64,000 bases of DNA from Octopus bimaculoides (Eukaryota). The notes under the pieces are model-generated. The model made no database searches and was not told the DNA's origin. It saw only the letters and a list, made by a program, of their open reading frames with translations. The number at the start of each line of letters is the position of its first letter. Position 1 is the first letter of the stretch. Where the stretch lies: positions 88,268,679 to 88,332,678 of the forward strand of contig NC_068983.1 of NCBI RefSeq assembly GCF_001194135.2, given 5' to 3'. Of this stretch, positions 36,891-47,830 are shown one piece after another. The translations under genes and the position numbers were made by a program.

Positions 36891-39042
36891 ATAACTGTTT
36901 CTAAATAAGGCATAGCACCAGCATTTTGGATGGGTTAGTTGATGCCATCAACAGTATTTGACTGGTATTGTATTCTATCAATCCAGAAAGGATGAAAGAC
37001 AAATTTGACCATGTCAGGATTTGGATTCAGAGTTCAAAGAAATACTGCATGGTATTTTTTTTTTTTTTTTCCAATATTCTAACACTTCTGCCAATCCAGT
37101 AACAATGGTTTCTTACTAAACCAGTAATTGGGGAAAAGGAACAAAAGTTGATTATATCAGTCAACAATACTTAACTGGCACTGAGTTTATCAACTTCAGC
37201 AGGCTATAAACTCAGAATGAAGGGGATCTAACTAAATACTACAAGGTATTATGTTCAATATTTTAACAATTCTGCCAATCTACCACCTTCATAATAAAAA
37301 TAATAGTAATTTTTCACATTAGCACAAAGTCAGAAATTTGGGGAAGAGGTATATCCAAGTAAATATACCCTAGTTATGACTTAAGATTTGAACTCAAAAC
37401 ATATAGGGTTACTACTGAATATCAAGAGGTATTTTCTTGGAACAAAAGATGGTCAGCTTTTCAAGGTGCCCTAATTCTCTGAAACAGCAAGCAGCTGAAC
37501 GACCTGGGAATCTTGATGCCCAAATTAATATATCTGCAAAACTGGCATACTGGGGAATTAATCACCTCACTGCAATTAATTGGCTGATAGACAAGACTCT
37601 AGTAGACACATCCAAAGATAATCTCAGCAGAAGCATTTGTTACAGACTCACCTACCAATAGAAGTAGAAGGCCTGGAAATCAGGAAATCATCTGACTTTG
37701 ACCTACTAAGATATTTCATCATTGCCTTCTAAAGCACTTAAGTTGATAGGACAATTTCCAATATCTCAAGGATCCCCCTCATCTATAGAACGTACTATGT
37801 TTGTTTTGGTGTTGAAACTATACTGATGTTCAAAAAGAAGCGATGTAATTGGGACAATACATGTCAAAAGACATACAGAGTATGAGGTTGTAGGTGCACA
37901 GAAGAAACAAGGCATTCACAGTTGGTGGCACAAGTTTGGTATGGTTTCTAGTACATTTGCATCTTTGTGTCCTAAATTGGTTCCAAGCCAGACAGCAATA
38001 TCTTCCTAATTGGTGTAACTCTTCACATCGACCCAGATATATGTCAAATGATTAAGTGTAGTTGTAATTGCAATACATACCATATGCTGATGTAAAATTT
38101 TATTGGTTATTTCAGTGAGTCAGTAGCTAGGTGATGCTCCTGATTCACTAAGATAATCAAATGATCTCCAACATTTTAAGGTATATCAGCAATCTTTGTG
38201 CCCACTAGACTGAGTCACAAATCTAGATAACTGGTTTTTTACATACTTCTTATAACAACTCAGAGGGTGCAATTCATCCAGTGAGTACTTTGACAAGGGT
38301 CAATGATAGCAAGTGACTTAAGTGATATGTGTTTAGCAAGAACTACTAGACACGTGTCTCTTTGAACTAGAGACAATTGAAACAACTGGCATCACCAGAG
38401 CAAAAATAGTTGAAGTGACAAGGGAAATTATTGGCAGTCCCAGTTTTTCCTTTGTATACATCTGCAAATATATGTAGATGCTTCTCTGTTTACTGTAACT
38501 TTTTTCCTTTAGAGTTTCTCTCGCTCTCTCGTATATATATATTATCATTATCATTTAATGTCCATCATTCATCCTGGCATGGGTGGACAGTTTGGTACAC
38601 TAAGCTCCATTGTCTGTTTTGGCATGGTTTTTACAGATGGATGCCCTTCCTAATGCCAACCATTTTACATATATTTATATATTTCATCATCATCATCAAT
38701 CTAATGTCTACATGTCCATACTTGCATGGATCAGATGAAACTTCATTCAAATAGAACTTTCTATAGCTAGACATCTTTCCCAATGCCATTTTTCACTGGT
38801 TTCCTACTAAGGTAATAATCTCGCAGTGTGTCTTTTGTTAGCAAATCAAAAATGCAAGAAGATATGCACTCAAGTCATACACACACATATGTATGTGACC
38901 CTTTTGAGCAATGCTGCTGAGATGCCTGGAAAAATACATAAGGTGATGTCAATGAATGAAAACAAAGAGAAAAGATAATCTGTTACCTTATAGAGGTTGT
39001 TTAATGATCCAATAATATTTTAGGTAGATTAAATCTTTTCAG

Positions 39043-39118
39043 ACAGAAGGAAATAAAAGAGTTTGAAGAAATGTGTTGTTATCAGCAGGCCATTCTAGAG
39101 TGTTGTGACAAAAGGCAG
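39043..39118 (+). other. Candidate exon (76 bp) or decayed TE ORF
   Basis: aaatcttttcag|...GGCAG|gtatat; single open frame QKEIKEFEEMCCYQQAILECCDKRQ. The Cys pairs could reflect CpG decay of a TE. Confidence 0.25.
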
Positions 39119-39191
39119 GTATATGTAATGGGATTAATATTATATATAATACTAGTGTGATTTGGTATCATATATTCCTATAGTGCATATA

Positions 39192-39255
39192 CAGCGTTCT
39201 TCCCACATGCATGCCATGTGTATATACACATGGCATGCATGTGGGAAGAACGCTG
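39192..39255. repeat. Perfect 64-bp palindrome, no spacer
   Basis: cagcgttcttcccacatgcatgccatgtgtat|atacacatggcatgcatgtgggaagaacgctg; checked base by base. Confidence 0.97.
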
Positions 39256-40454
39256 GCAAGACATGCAACATGAAGGAAGCATGGATGTCAGTAGTAGAAA
39301 ATGTAAAATAGAGTTATAAGTTGTTAAAAGAATGTGCATTTATGAAGCAATGAAAAATTACTACCCAAATAATTATCAATAAATTATAATATATACACAC
39401 TTTGATGAATTTTTAATACAACTTGTATTTGTTACTAAACACAATATCATTGTAAACACCATTATCCTATCTACATTTATGTGTAGTAAAAAACTGAGCC
39501 CATCTCATTCACATTATTGTCACCTTCTTGATGCAAACTGAACAAAAGAAATGTATTATTTATTTATAACATGTCATAATGTAATCAAATATTGTTACAT
39601 ACAAAATGAAACTGAAGCGAAGTAAGCCATTATTTAGATATTTAAAAAGAATATAATATTAATATTACTTATGTTAAAGCAATGGGCATACCTACACAAA
39701 TGTGCCCCACTGACTTCATTTCCAAATAACTTTCAGAAATATGGATATATTTTAATGAAATTTTCTACCAATATGCTTCAGATCAAAATTTGTCATGAAA
39801 AATTTTTTCCAGGTGTAGAGAGAGGAATTTCAGAGAATTCACATGAGTCAGTTTTGTTTCCTCATAACTATCAGAAGAATGGGTGTTTTTAAATGAAATG
39901 TTCTACAAATACCATTCAGAGTGTGTAAATTTCGGTTATATAAGAATTTGAGGTGAAAAAAGAAATAGTGAGTACACGCACATACATATTGATACACATT
40001 ACAAGTTTTTTCAAAATTGAAGTTTCATATGTGATGTGTGCCAGTATACATGTTGGCTATCTCACCATTTTTTTCATATTAAATTCCAGTATAATTATAA
40101 TGTACACACTCTGAAAGGTATTTGTTGAAAATTTTCTGGAAGTTATGTGGAAATAAAGATATGGTGGGGAGGGGCACTCATGTTTGCTGGAATCATATGA
40201 GCTTCAGACAAAATGCCTTGTGTTATTTCATCAGGTTCTTTATGTTTTGATTTCAAATCCTGCTTAGGTCAACTTTGCTTTTCATTCTCTTAGGGTTGGG
40301 TTCTTGAGTAAGTGTTATCAACCAGTCCCTTCCACTTGAAAACTGCAAGTTTTGTACTTACATTAGAAACAATTATTAAAGTTTGTAGAATGGCAGAATC
40401 ATTACATCATAAAAAAATACCTTGTATTTCTTTTTAGTCTTTACTTGGTTTATC

Positions 40455-40810
40455 TTGTATATTTTATCTTTTACTTGTTTCAGTCATTAGACTGTGGCCT
40501 TAAAGCATTTTTGTCGAATGTATTGGACCCCAGTACTTATTCTTTGTTAAGCTGGGTATTTATTCTTTCAGATCTCTTTTGCCACTAAGTTATGGGGACG
40601 TAAGCACACCAACACCAGTTGTCAAGTTGTAGTGGGGGACAGACACAAAGACATACACACACACATAAATATTTGGGCTTCTTTCAGTTTCCACCTACCA
40701 AATCAACTATCGCCCAAGGCTACAGCAGAAGACACTTGCCCAAGGTGCCATACAGTGGGACTGAACTCAAAACCACCTGATTAGGAAGCAAGCTTCTTAC
40801 CACACAGCCA
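40455..40810 (-). mobile_element. SINE family B
   Basis: ttacttgtttcagtcattag...gccactaagttatggggacg...gacacttgcccaaggtgcca...aagcttcttaccacacagcc. Confidence 0.82.
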
Positions 40811-41999
40811 ATTAAATGTTGGGATTCATGGTCCCTTCACTTTAAAATTATTGGCCTTACCTAAATCAGAAACTTATCATTATTTAGGGTTGTTGTGTGC
40901 AGAATCATTTGGATATTGAGAAAATGCTTTGTGCTATTTTTCCAACTCTTTGTTCAAATCCCAGCTTTCCCTTGCATCCCTTTGGAATTGTTAAAGTACT
41001 AGAATCAAATTAATCAAGAAGTGTGCCTATTTTTAGAAGCAGTTATTATTATCATCCATAATCTCTGCTAGACCTGCCTAATCCTGTTGCCACAACAAGA
41101 GAGCTCATCCAGAACTAGAAACATTTTCCTAAAAACATTAAAACCATCTGGAAAAATAATCATTAAACTTTGACCCACAACTCCTCCACAAAAGCTGTGG
41201 AAGCCTTGAAATTTCAATAATATTTTATGGCTGCTGTTGAAATTTCACTAATAGTTGCCATTGTTATGGTGAAAATTATGATAATTTCTCCATTTACTGT
41301 GAATTACAATTACACAGTCTGCAATAAGAAAAGGTCAAATAAACAACATTTATTTAATTGTTATTTTCTTATTGCTATTGGCCACCTTGAGAATGGGAAG
41401 TTTGAATGTTTCCCACAGCAATGTAAAAATGTTTGACTTGTTTACAAGGAGGTAGTCATTGTAAAAACTGTGTTTATACACACACACACACTATTATAAA
41501 GTTTATTTCTTCGCATCTCTTTCCTTTCCTGACACTCCACCACCTTTTCCTCACAATGCTTCTATTAATTTCTCTTTACTACCGCTATAATCTCCCTCAC
41601 TCTATCTACCTCTCTAACTCACTCACATTGGTCATTATCACTTTACATGTATTGTACACTCATAGGACATGTCCAAACCTGCTACTATTGATTAATATTG
41701 TCTTTCATGTCAAGTTACACAGTCCAGAAATTCTTCTGCTTTACATGAGCTTACTTTCACAAAGTTTCCCTGAACAGGGACCTCTTGAGTTTGAAAGTAT
41801 ACCACCCTTAAAGCCAATATTCAAGTTAGTTTTATGATTGTTTTAAGGTTTGAAATCTTCATTAACGTTAATATAATTATCATTATTACATCAGGTGGTT
41901 GTCCAGTTATAAAAATTATTGCTTCCACAAGTGAAGCATCCCACCCATGCAAAGCATGAACATATTATTGTAAATCAATAGAAAACAGTAAATCACCAT

Positions 42000-42139
42000 C
42001 TTCAAATTCCTCCAAGGTCGACTTTACCTTTCATCCTTTTGGGGGTCAATAAAATAAGCACTAGTTGAGTACTGGGGTCGATGTAATCAACTAATCCCCT
42101 CCCCTAAAATTGCTGGCCTTATGCCAACATTTGAAACTA

Positions 42140-42173
<34 letters not shown>

Positions 42174-42640
42174 CATCATCATCATCATCATTATTATTAT
42201 TATCATTATTATTATCATTAAGAAGGCAGAATCGTTAGCACACTGGGCAAAATTTTTAGTGGCATTTCCTCCATCTTTATGTTCTGAGTTCAAATTCTGT
42301 CAAGGTCGACTTTGCCTTTCATCCTTTCGGGGTTGATAAAATAAGTACCAGCTATGCACTGGGGTTGATATGATCAACTAGCCCCTCCCCCAAAATTTTA
42401 GGCCTCAGGCCTTTAGTGAAAAGGATTATTATTATTATTATTAGATTCATTAATGCATCATTGGAATTATATCATGGTATTTCTTCCAGTTCTGTATGTT
42501 CTGAGTTCAAACTTTGCTTGATCAGCTGTATTTTATCAACCACAAAAAGTTGAAAAGCAAAGTACTACTGAAGTACTGGAGCCAATGTAACTGACTTACT
42601 ATCTCCTCCCAAAATTGCTGGCCTTGTGCCTAAATTAAAA
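42000..42640 (+). mobile_element. Three tandem SINE family A copies separated by (ATT)n/(ATC)n
   Basis: Repeated gttcaaat...gtcgactttgcctttcatccttt...gataaaataag core and cccctcccc..aaatt..ggcct tail. Confidence 0.82.
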
Positions 42641-43119
42641 CAGTTAAGCACAGTGAATTAGCTGAATTGTTAGTGTTAGACAAAATATAGTTGTAGCTAT
42701 ATGTGTGACTCTTTACATCCTAAGTTCAAATCCTGCACTAGTCAGTTACTGGAATGTGTGCGTATGTGTGTGCATGCATGCATATGTGTGTATGAGTGTA
42801 TACTCACTAACTCTAACTCTGTTCATGGTGAAGCATAATATTTTTTTGGAAAAACCATGTTTTACATGGTCTGAAAAAGAAAGACAGTTTGGTCACAGCT
42901 GGAATGGCTTTGAGTTTAAGTGCAGCCAATTAGAGTTAACAGCAATGAGGCACTTTGAAATATTGCCAGATTCTGAAATTTTGTTGCAAATGTCATCATA
43001 TAGCTACAACTAACAGTACAATACTGTGCAGTATTCGTCTTAGATTTTCATAGCTGAAATACATCTTAGTGTTCCTCAGAGTAATTTAGCTTTATTTTCC
43101 TTTAGTTAGGGAAAAGTGT

Positions 43120-43340
43120 GATCATCATCATTGTTTAATGTCTGCTTTCCATGCTGGCATGGGTTGGACGGTTTGACTAAGGACTGGCGAGCCAGATGGC
43201 TGCACCAGGCTCCAATCTGATCTGGCAGAGTTTCTACAGCTGAATGCCCTTCCTAATGCCAACCACTCCAAGAGTGTAGTGGATGCTTTTAGGTGCCACT
43301 GGCACAAGAGCCAATCAGGCAGTACTGGCAACGGTGATGG
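43120..43340 (-). mobile_element. RTE LINE 3' tail
   Basis: catcatcattgtttaatgtctgctttccatgctggcatgggttggacgg...gcccttcctaatgccaaccactcc. Confidence 0.88.
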
Positions 43341-43496
43341 TCAGACTAATATATTGTACAACCAGCCCAATAATCTTGTGTTCAAATCAAATGCAAATGT
43401 TTATTTCTGTCTCTGTGTTTGATAAGTGCCAATGCACAAAGCTCTCAGACCGCAAGTCACTCTGTTACTTCTGCTGAATATTAATAAAAATGTACA

Positions 43497-43905
43497 GGTG
43501 CAGGGGTGACTGTGTGGTAAGAAGATTACTTCTCAAAGGCGGTGAGCTGGCAGAAACGTTAGCAAGCCGGGCAAAATGTTTAGCGGTATTTCGTCTGCTG
43601 TTACGTTCTGAGTTCAAATTCCGTCGACTTTGCCTTTCATCCTTTCGGGGTCGATAAATTAAGTACCAGCTACGCACTGGGGTCTATATAATCGACTTAA
43701 CCCCTTTGTCTGTCCTTGTCTGTCCCCTCTATGTTTAGCCCCTTGTGGGCAATAAAGAAATAAGAAGATTACTTCTCAACTACATGGTTCCAGGTTCAGT
43801 CCCACTGTGTGGCACCTTAGGCAAGTGTCTCCCGCTATAGCCTCAGGCCAACCAAAGCCTTGTGAGTGGATTTGGTAGACAGAAACTGAAAGAAGCCCGT
43901 CATAT
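43497..43905 (+). mobile_element. SINE family B head, interrupted by a family A SINE
   Basis: Head 43497-43536 resumes at 43780 after the duplicated target. Confidence 0.85.
43537..43760 (+). mobile_element. Well-preserved SINE family A with 19-bp TSD (TAAGAAGATTACTTCTCAA)
   Basis: A-box-like ggcggtgagctggcagaaacgttagc, B-box gagttcaaattcc; TSD at 43518-43536 and 43761-43779. Confidence 0.92.
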
Positions 43906-44025
43906 ATATGTATATATATATATATTTATATATGTAAGAAATTGAGATTCAGTTGAATTAAGTACTTAAGTTGAAGCACCAAGTCAGTCCGGTATTATCC
44001 ACACAGCTTGAAGTAAGGTGAATAA

Positions 44026-45702
44026 AATCAAAATAAGTAACAGGATATCAAGTAGTGATGCAGTACGACCGTTTCAAGCGGCTTCTTTTAATTGAACAAT
44101 GCAATCATTACATCAATTCAAATGTAGTGCCATCTTCAGCTGCACATATAAATAAATAGAATTTTAACCAGTTGGACACATTAATATAATTTTTCTCAAA
44201 TATTTTAACAGAGCAAGAAGATAGAAGAAATTCATGTTGTCACCATTGTAGCTAAGAATATACTACACTTCCAAGAATTGCATGAAGCCTATTGGGGTCA
44301 TAGTGTTGTAAAGGCTTGTAATTCATTTCTAATTCATTTATCTCGTTATCAACTACTGAATCTAAGACTAGAAGACTGTGTCTGTTATGAATAAAGGACA
44401 AGAGTGAGTTGACAACTCATGGCTAGGTATGGTCATAAATATTGTCATATGCATCCCTTTAACTGCCCTCACTACATCCATACCTATTACCCCCACTTTT
44501 CAGGTTACCTTTATCTCTTCCCTACCTCAAATTTTAATCCCCTGTCTCTTTAAATGTAGGTTGTATGTATTTCTTATTATTTTCTATAAATTCTTATTAT
44601 TTTGTTTTCTTATTTTGATATCCTTACCTATTAACCTCTTATCCCTTATAAATTGTTACTTTTCTTGTTCTTAAATAGATATTTTTCAATTACTTAAGTC
44701 TATGCGTGATGGTTATACTATATCCATATAAACATATAAATATTTGTGTATGTGTCTATATGCATGTGTGCACATATATAAATGTGTGTGTATCTGTACA
44801 CAGCTTTATTTTTTTCTGATTCATGGCTTAAAATTAATATATAGATAGCATGTGTATCTTTCCAGTTATTCCATAAGTGAATGCCCTGAGCAGTCTTTAT
44901 AGAAACCACCTAATAAGTAATTAATTAAGTACATGAATGAACATTAAACTGATTCTATGTAGTCTTTCTTTTTTAATGTTTATAATTGATATATACATAC
45001 ATTTTACTTATTTTGGTTATGTTATCATTTTTGAAAATCTTAAATTTTATTTTTTATAAAACATGACAATATTGTTTATAAACAATCACACATAGTGCCC
45101 CAAAATAAAATTTCCTCTGTATTAACACCTTAGATTTCTTAGCATCTTGCCCCTTTAACTAGTAATTAACATCATGATTTAAAGTCTTCCCCTACCCAGC
45201 CTCTTTTTATAGACAGTTACTTTATATCCATTTGACTACTCCTAATGTCTTCTTTCCTCCCTGAGGAAAAGGGATACATATGACAATATTTATGACCATA
45301 CCTAGCCATGAGTTGTCAACTCACTCTTGTCCTTTATTCATAACAGACACAGTCTTCTAGTCTTAGATTCAGTAGTTGATAACGAGATAAATGAATTAGA
45401 AATGAATTACAATCCTTTACAATACTATGATCCCAATAGGCTCCATGCCATTCTTGGAAGTGTAGTCTATTCTTAGCTACAATGGTGACAACATGAATTT
45501 CTTCTATCTTCTTGCTCTGTTAAAATATTTGAGAAAAATTATATTAATGTGTCCAACTGGTTGAAATTCTATTCATTTATTTGTGCAGCTGAAATTGGCA
45601 CCGCATTTAAATTGATGTAATGATTGCATTGTTCAATTAAATGGAGCCGCTTGAAACGGTCTTACTGCATCACTACTTGATATCCTGTTGCTTATTTTGA
45701 TT
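44026..45702. repeat. Long inverted repeat: two 435-bp arms (44026-44460, 45268-45702) with an 807-bp spacer
   Basis: The arms align by eye as reverse complements; the inner 145 bp has one mismatch and the outer parts are more diverged. Confidence 0.95.
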
Positions 45703-45714
45703 ATATATATATAT

Positions 45715-45925
45715 GTATGTATTTGTGTGTTTGTGTTTGTCCTCCTCCCTCCCACCATCACTTGACAACTGATGTTGGTGTGCTTACATCCCCCATAACT
45801 TAGCAGTTCAGCGAAAAAGACCAATAGAATAAGTACTAGGCTTACAAAGAATCTCCTGAGGTTGATTTGTTCGACTAAAGGCGGTGCTCCAGCATGGCCA
45901 AAGACAAATGACTGAAATAAGTATT
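45715..45925 (+). mobile_element. SINE family B, 3' module
   Basis: tttgtgtttgtcctcc...ccccataacttagcagttcagcgaaaaagaccaatagaataagtactagg...gactgaaataag. Confidence 0.82.
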
Positions 45926-46024
45926 TTGAGTTCTATTTTTCCTGTTTGCATCAACATATCTGTACTTCTATGTCTTAATTTAGCCATCCGTTACAAATAA
46001 ATACCATACCTATGAGAATATTAC

Positions 46025-46835
46025 CTATTTCATTGACCCTGAAAAGATGAAAGCCAGGTTGACTCAAGAAAAATGTCACTCAGCATTTTGTCCAACATGC
46101 TAATGTCAGCTTGCCGTCTTAATAATAATAATAATAATAATAATTGTTTCAAATTTTGTCTCAAGTTGAGTGATTTTTTTTTAGAGGCAAGGGGTCTTCC
46201 AATTACAGCAACCCCAACATTTGATTGGTGCTTAATTTTATTGACCCCCAGAAGGATGAAGGACAAAGTTGTCCTTAACAAGATTTGAACTCAGAACATA
46301 ACACACCAGAAAAATTGCTGCTAAGCATTTTGTCCAATGCACTAATAATTCTGCCAGCTCCCAGCCTTTTAATGGTTTCAAATTTTGACACAAGGCTAGC
46401 AATTTTAGGGAAGGAGGATAGTTAATTACATCAACCCCTGTGCTCAGCTAGTACTTATTTTATCTACCTTAAAAGGATGGGAGGCAAAGTTGACCATGAC
46501 AAATTTTAAACTACAATATAAAGAGCCTAAAGAAATATTAAGCATTTTGTCTGACACATTAATTATACTACTAGCTCACCATGTTCTTAATAATAATAAT
46601 AATGATGATAATAATAATGGTTTCAAATTTTACCACAAGGGAAGCCAGTTTGGGTGGAGGTATAAGTTGATTACATCAACCCCCAATGTTTCACTAGTAC
46701 TTAATTTATCAACCCAGAAAGAATGAAAGCAAAGTTGACCTCATAAGAATTTGAACTCGGAACATAGCAACGGGTGAAATACCACTAAGCATTTCATCCA
46801 GCATGCTAACGATTCTGTCAGCTTGCCACCTTAAA
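46025..46835 (-). mobile_element. Four tandem SINE family A copies separated by (AAT)n
   Basis: Repeated aaggatgaaagcaaagttgacc...atttgaactc...ctaagcattt...ctgccagct units. Confidence 0.85.
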
Positions 46836-46894
46836 TAATAATAAAAATTAATAAAAGTAATAATAATATTCATATTTTACTCTTTCTGTTACAG

Positions 46895-47199
46895 ACAAAT
46901 CAAATTCCTCAAGTGTAGCGACAGAAGATTCGTTCCTGAATGACAGTGACACTCCTGACAGCAATGCCAATGATTCAACTACAGTTGACAACCAAGAGAA
47001 TTTGGAAGTGAATGCCAACTATTCTAAAGTGCTGAATTTCTTGGAGCTCTACTGCTCCTTGAAGGAATGTCCACCAGAACTGCGCCAACAAGTTAATGAA
47101 CTGCAAACTCTTAGCAATGAGGTCTCCCAGTCAATTGCTAATCTCAAAGAGAAATCCGAGACATTGTCACCATTTCAAAACAGTTTGAATGGAAAATAA
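46895..47199 (+). CDS. Terminal coding exon of an unidentified host gene (acidic Ser/Asp/Asn-rich linker plus C-terminal helical/coiled-coil segment)
   Basis: Strong acceptor attttactctttctgttacag|; phase-1 start; about 100 open codons xKSNSSSVATEDSFLNDSDTPDS...NYSKVLNFLELYCSLKECPPELRQQVNELQTLSNEVSQSIANLKEKSETLSPFQNSLNGK*; retained CpGs; no TE motifs. Confidence 0.75.
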
Positions 47200-47213
47200 A
47201 AAGATAATGAGAA

Positions 47214-47266
<53 letters not shown>

Positions 47267-47439
47267 AATAGAGAGAGAGAGAGAGAAAATGAAATTATAT
47301 AAAAGTGTATTTAAAAACAAAAGAAACTAAAACAGTGTAATGTGACAAAAAACAAAAGCCTTTTTTTTAAAAAAGTTGAAAAATGTGAAAAAGAACATTG
47401 TTTAGATAGACATCATTTAAATTTTTTTTTCTTTAACAT

Positions 47440-47830
47440 GTTAATGTTATGTTGTGTTTGCCTGTATAAAGCTGTGTTTCATATGTAATGACTCAGCATG
47501 TATAATGTTGTTTTAATGTATTACATCTGACTCTAATGTTGTCCTTATATGTCTTTGTGTAAAATGACTTCATGTATAATGTTGTGTCTGCATGTATGAG
47601 GCTGTGTTTCTTATATATGAAATTGACTCTGCATATGTGTTGTGTCTTCAATATGTAATGTTGTATCTTCATGTACAATTGCTGTGTCTACATGAATAAT
47701 GTTCTTTTATCTGCTACAATAGCATTCTGTCTACTAGAATATATTGTGGCTCTGTGTGTCCAATGATAACATACTGTCTACATGTAAAATGTGTCTACAA
47801 TAATGGTTCTCCTACAATTCTGTGTCCACT
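47440..47830 (+). repeat. Degenerate ~20-bp minisatellite (tgt(t/g)gtgtct..catgt..aa)
   Basis: Recurring gtgtct/catgta/taatgttg words visible at roughly 20-bp spacing. Confidence 0.6.

Noticed and set aside
35100-38340. Coding-like decayed stretches (NVYAPN-like motif near 35310 on the minus strand; 37400-38340)
   Set aside because: Possibly an ancient L1/Tx1 remnant, but too degraded to call.
43400-43490. Possible short alternative terminal exon (SANAQSSQTASHSVTSAEY*) with AATAAA
   Set aside because: Weak acceptor, 19 codons, wedged between repeats; chance level.
45600-45670. gaaacggtc motif in both arms of the long inverted repeat as a hammerhead
   Set aside because: No CUGANGA upstream (only tgattg); not supportable as a ribozyme.
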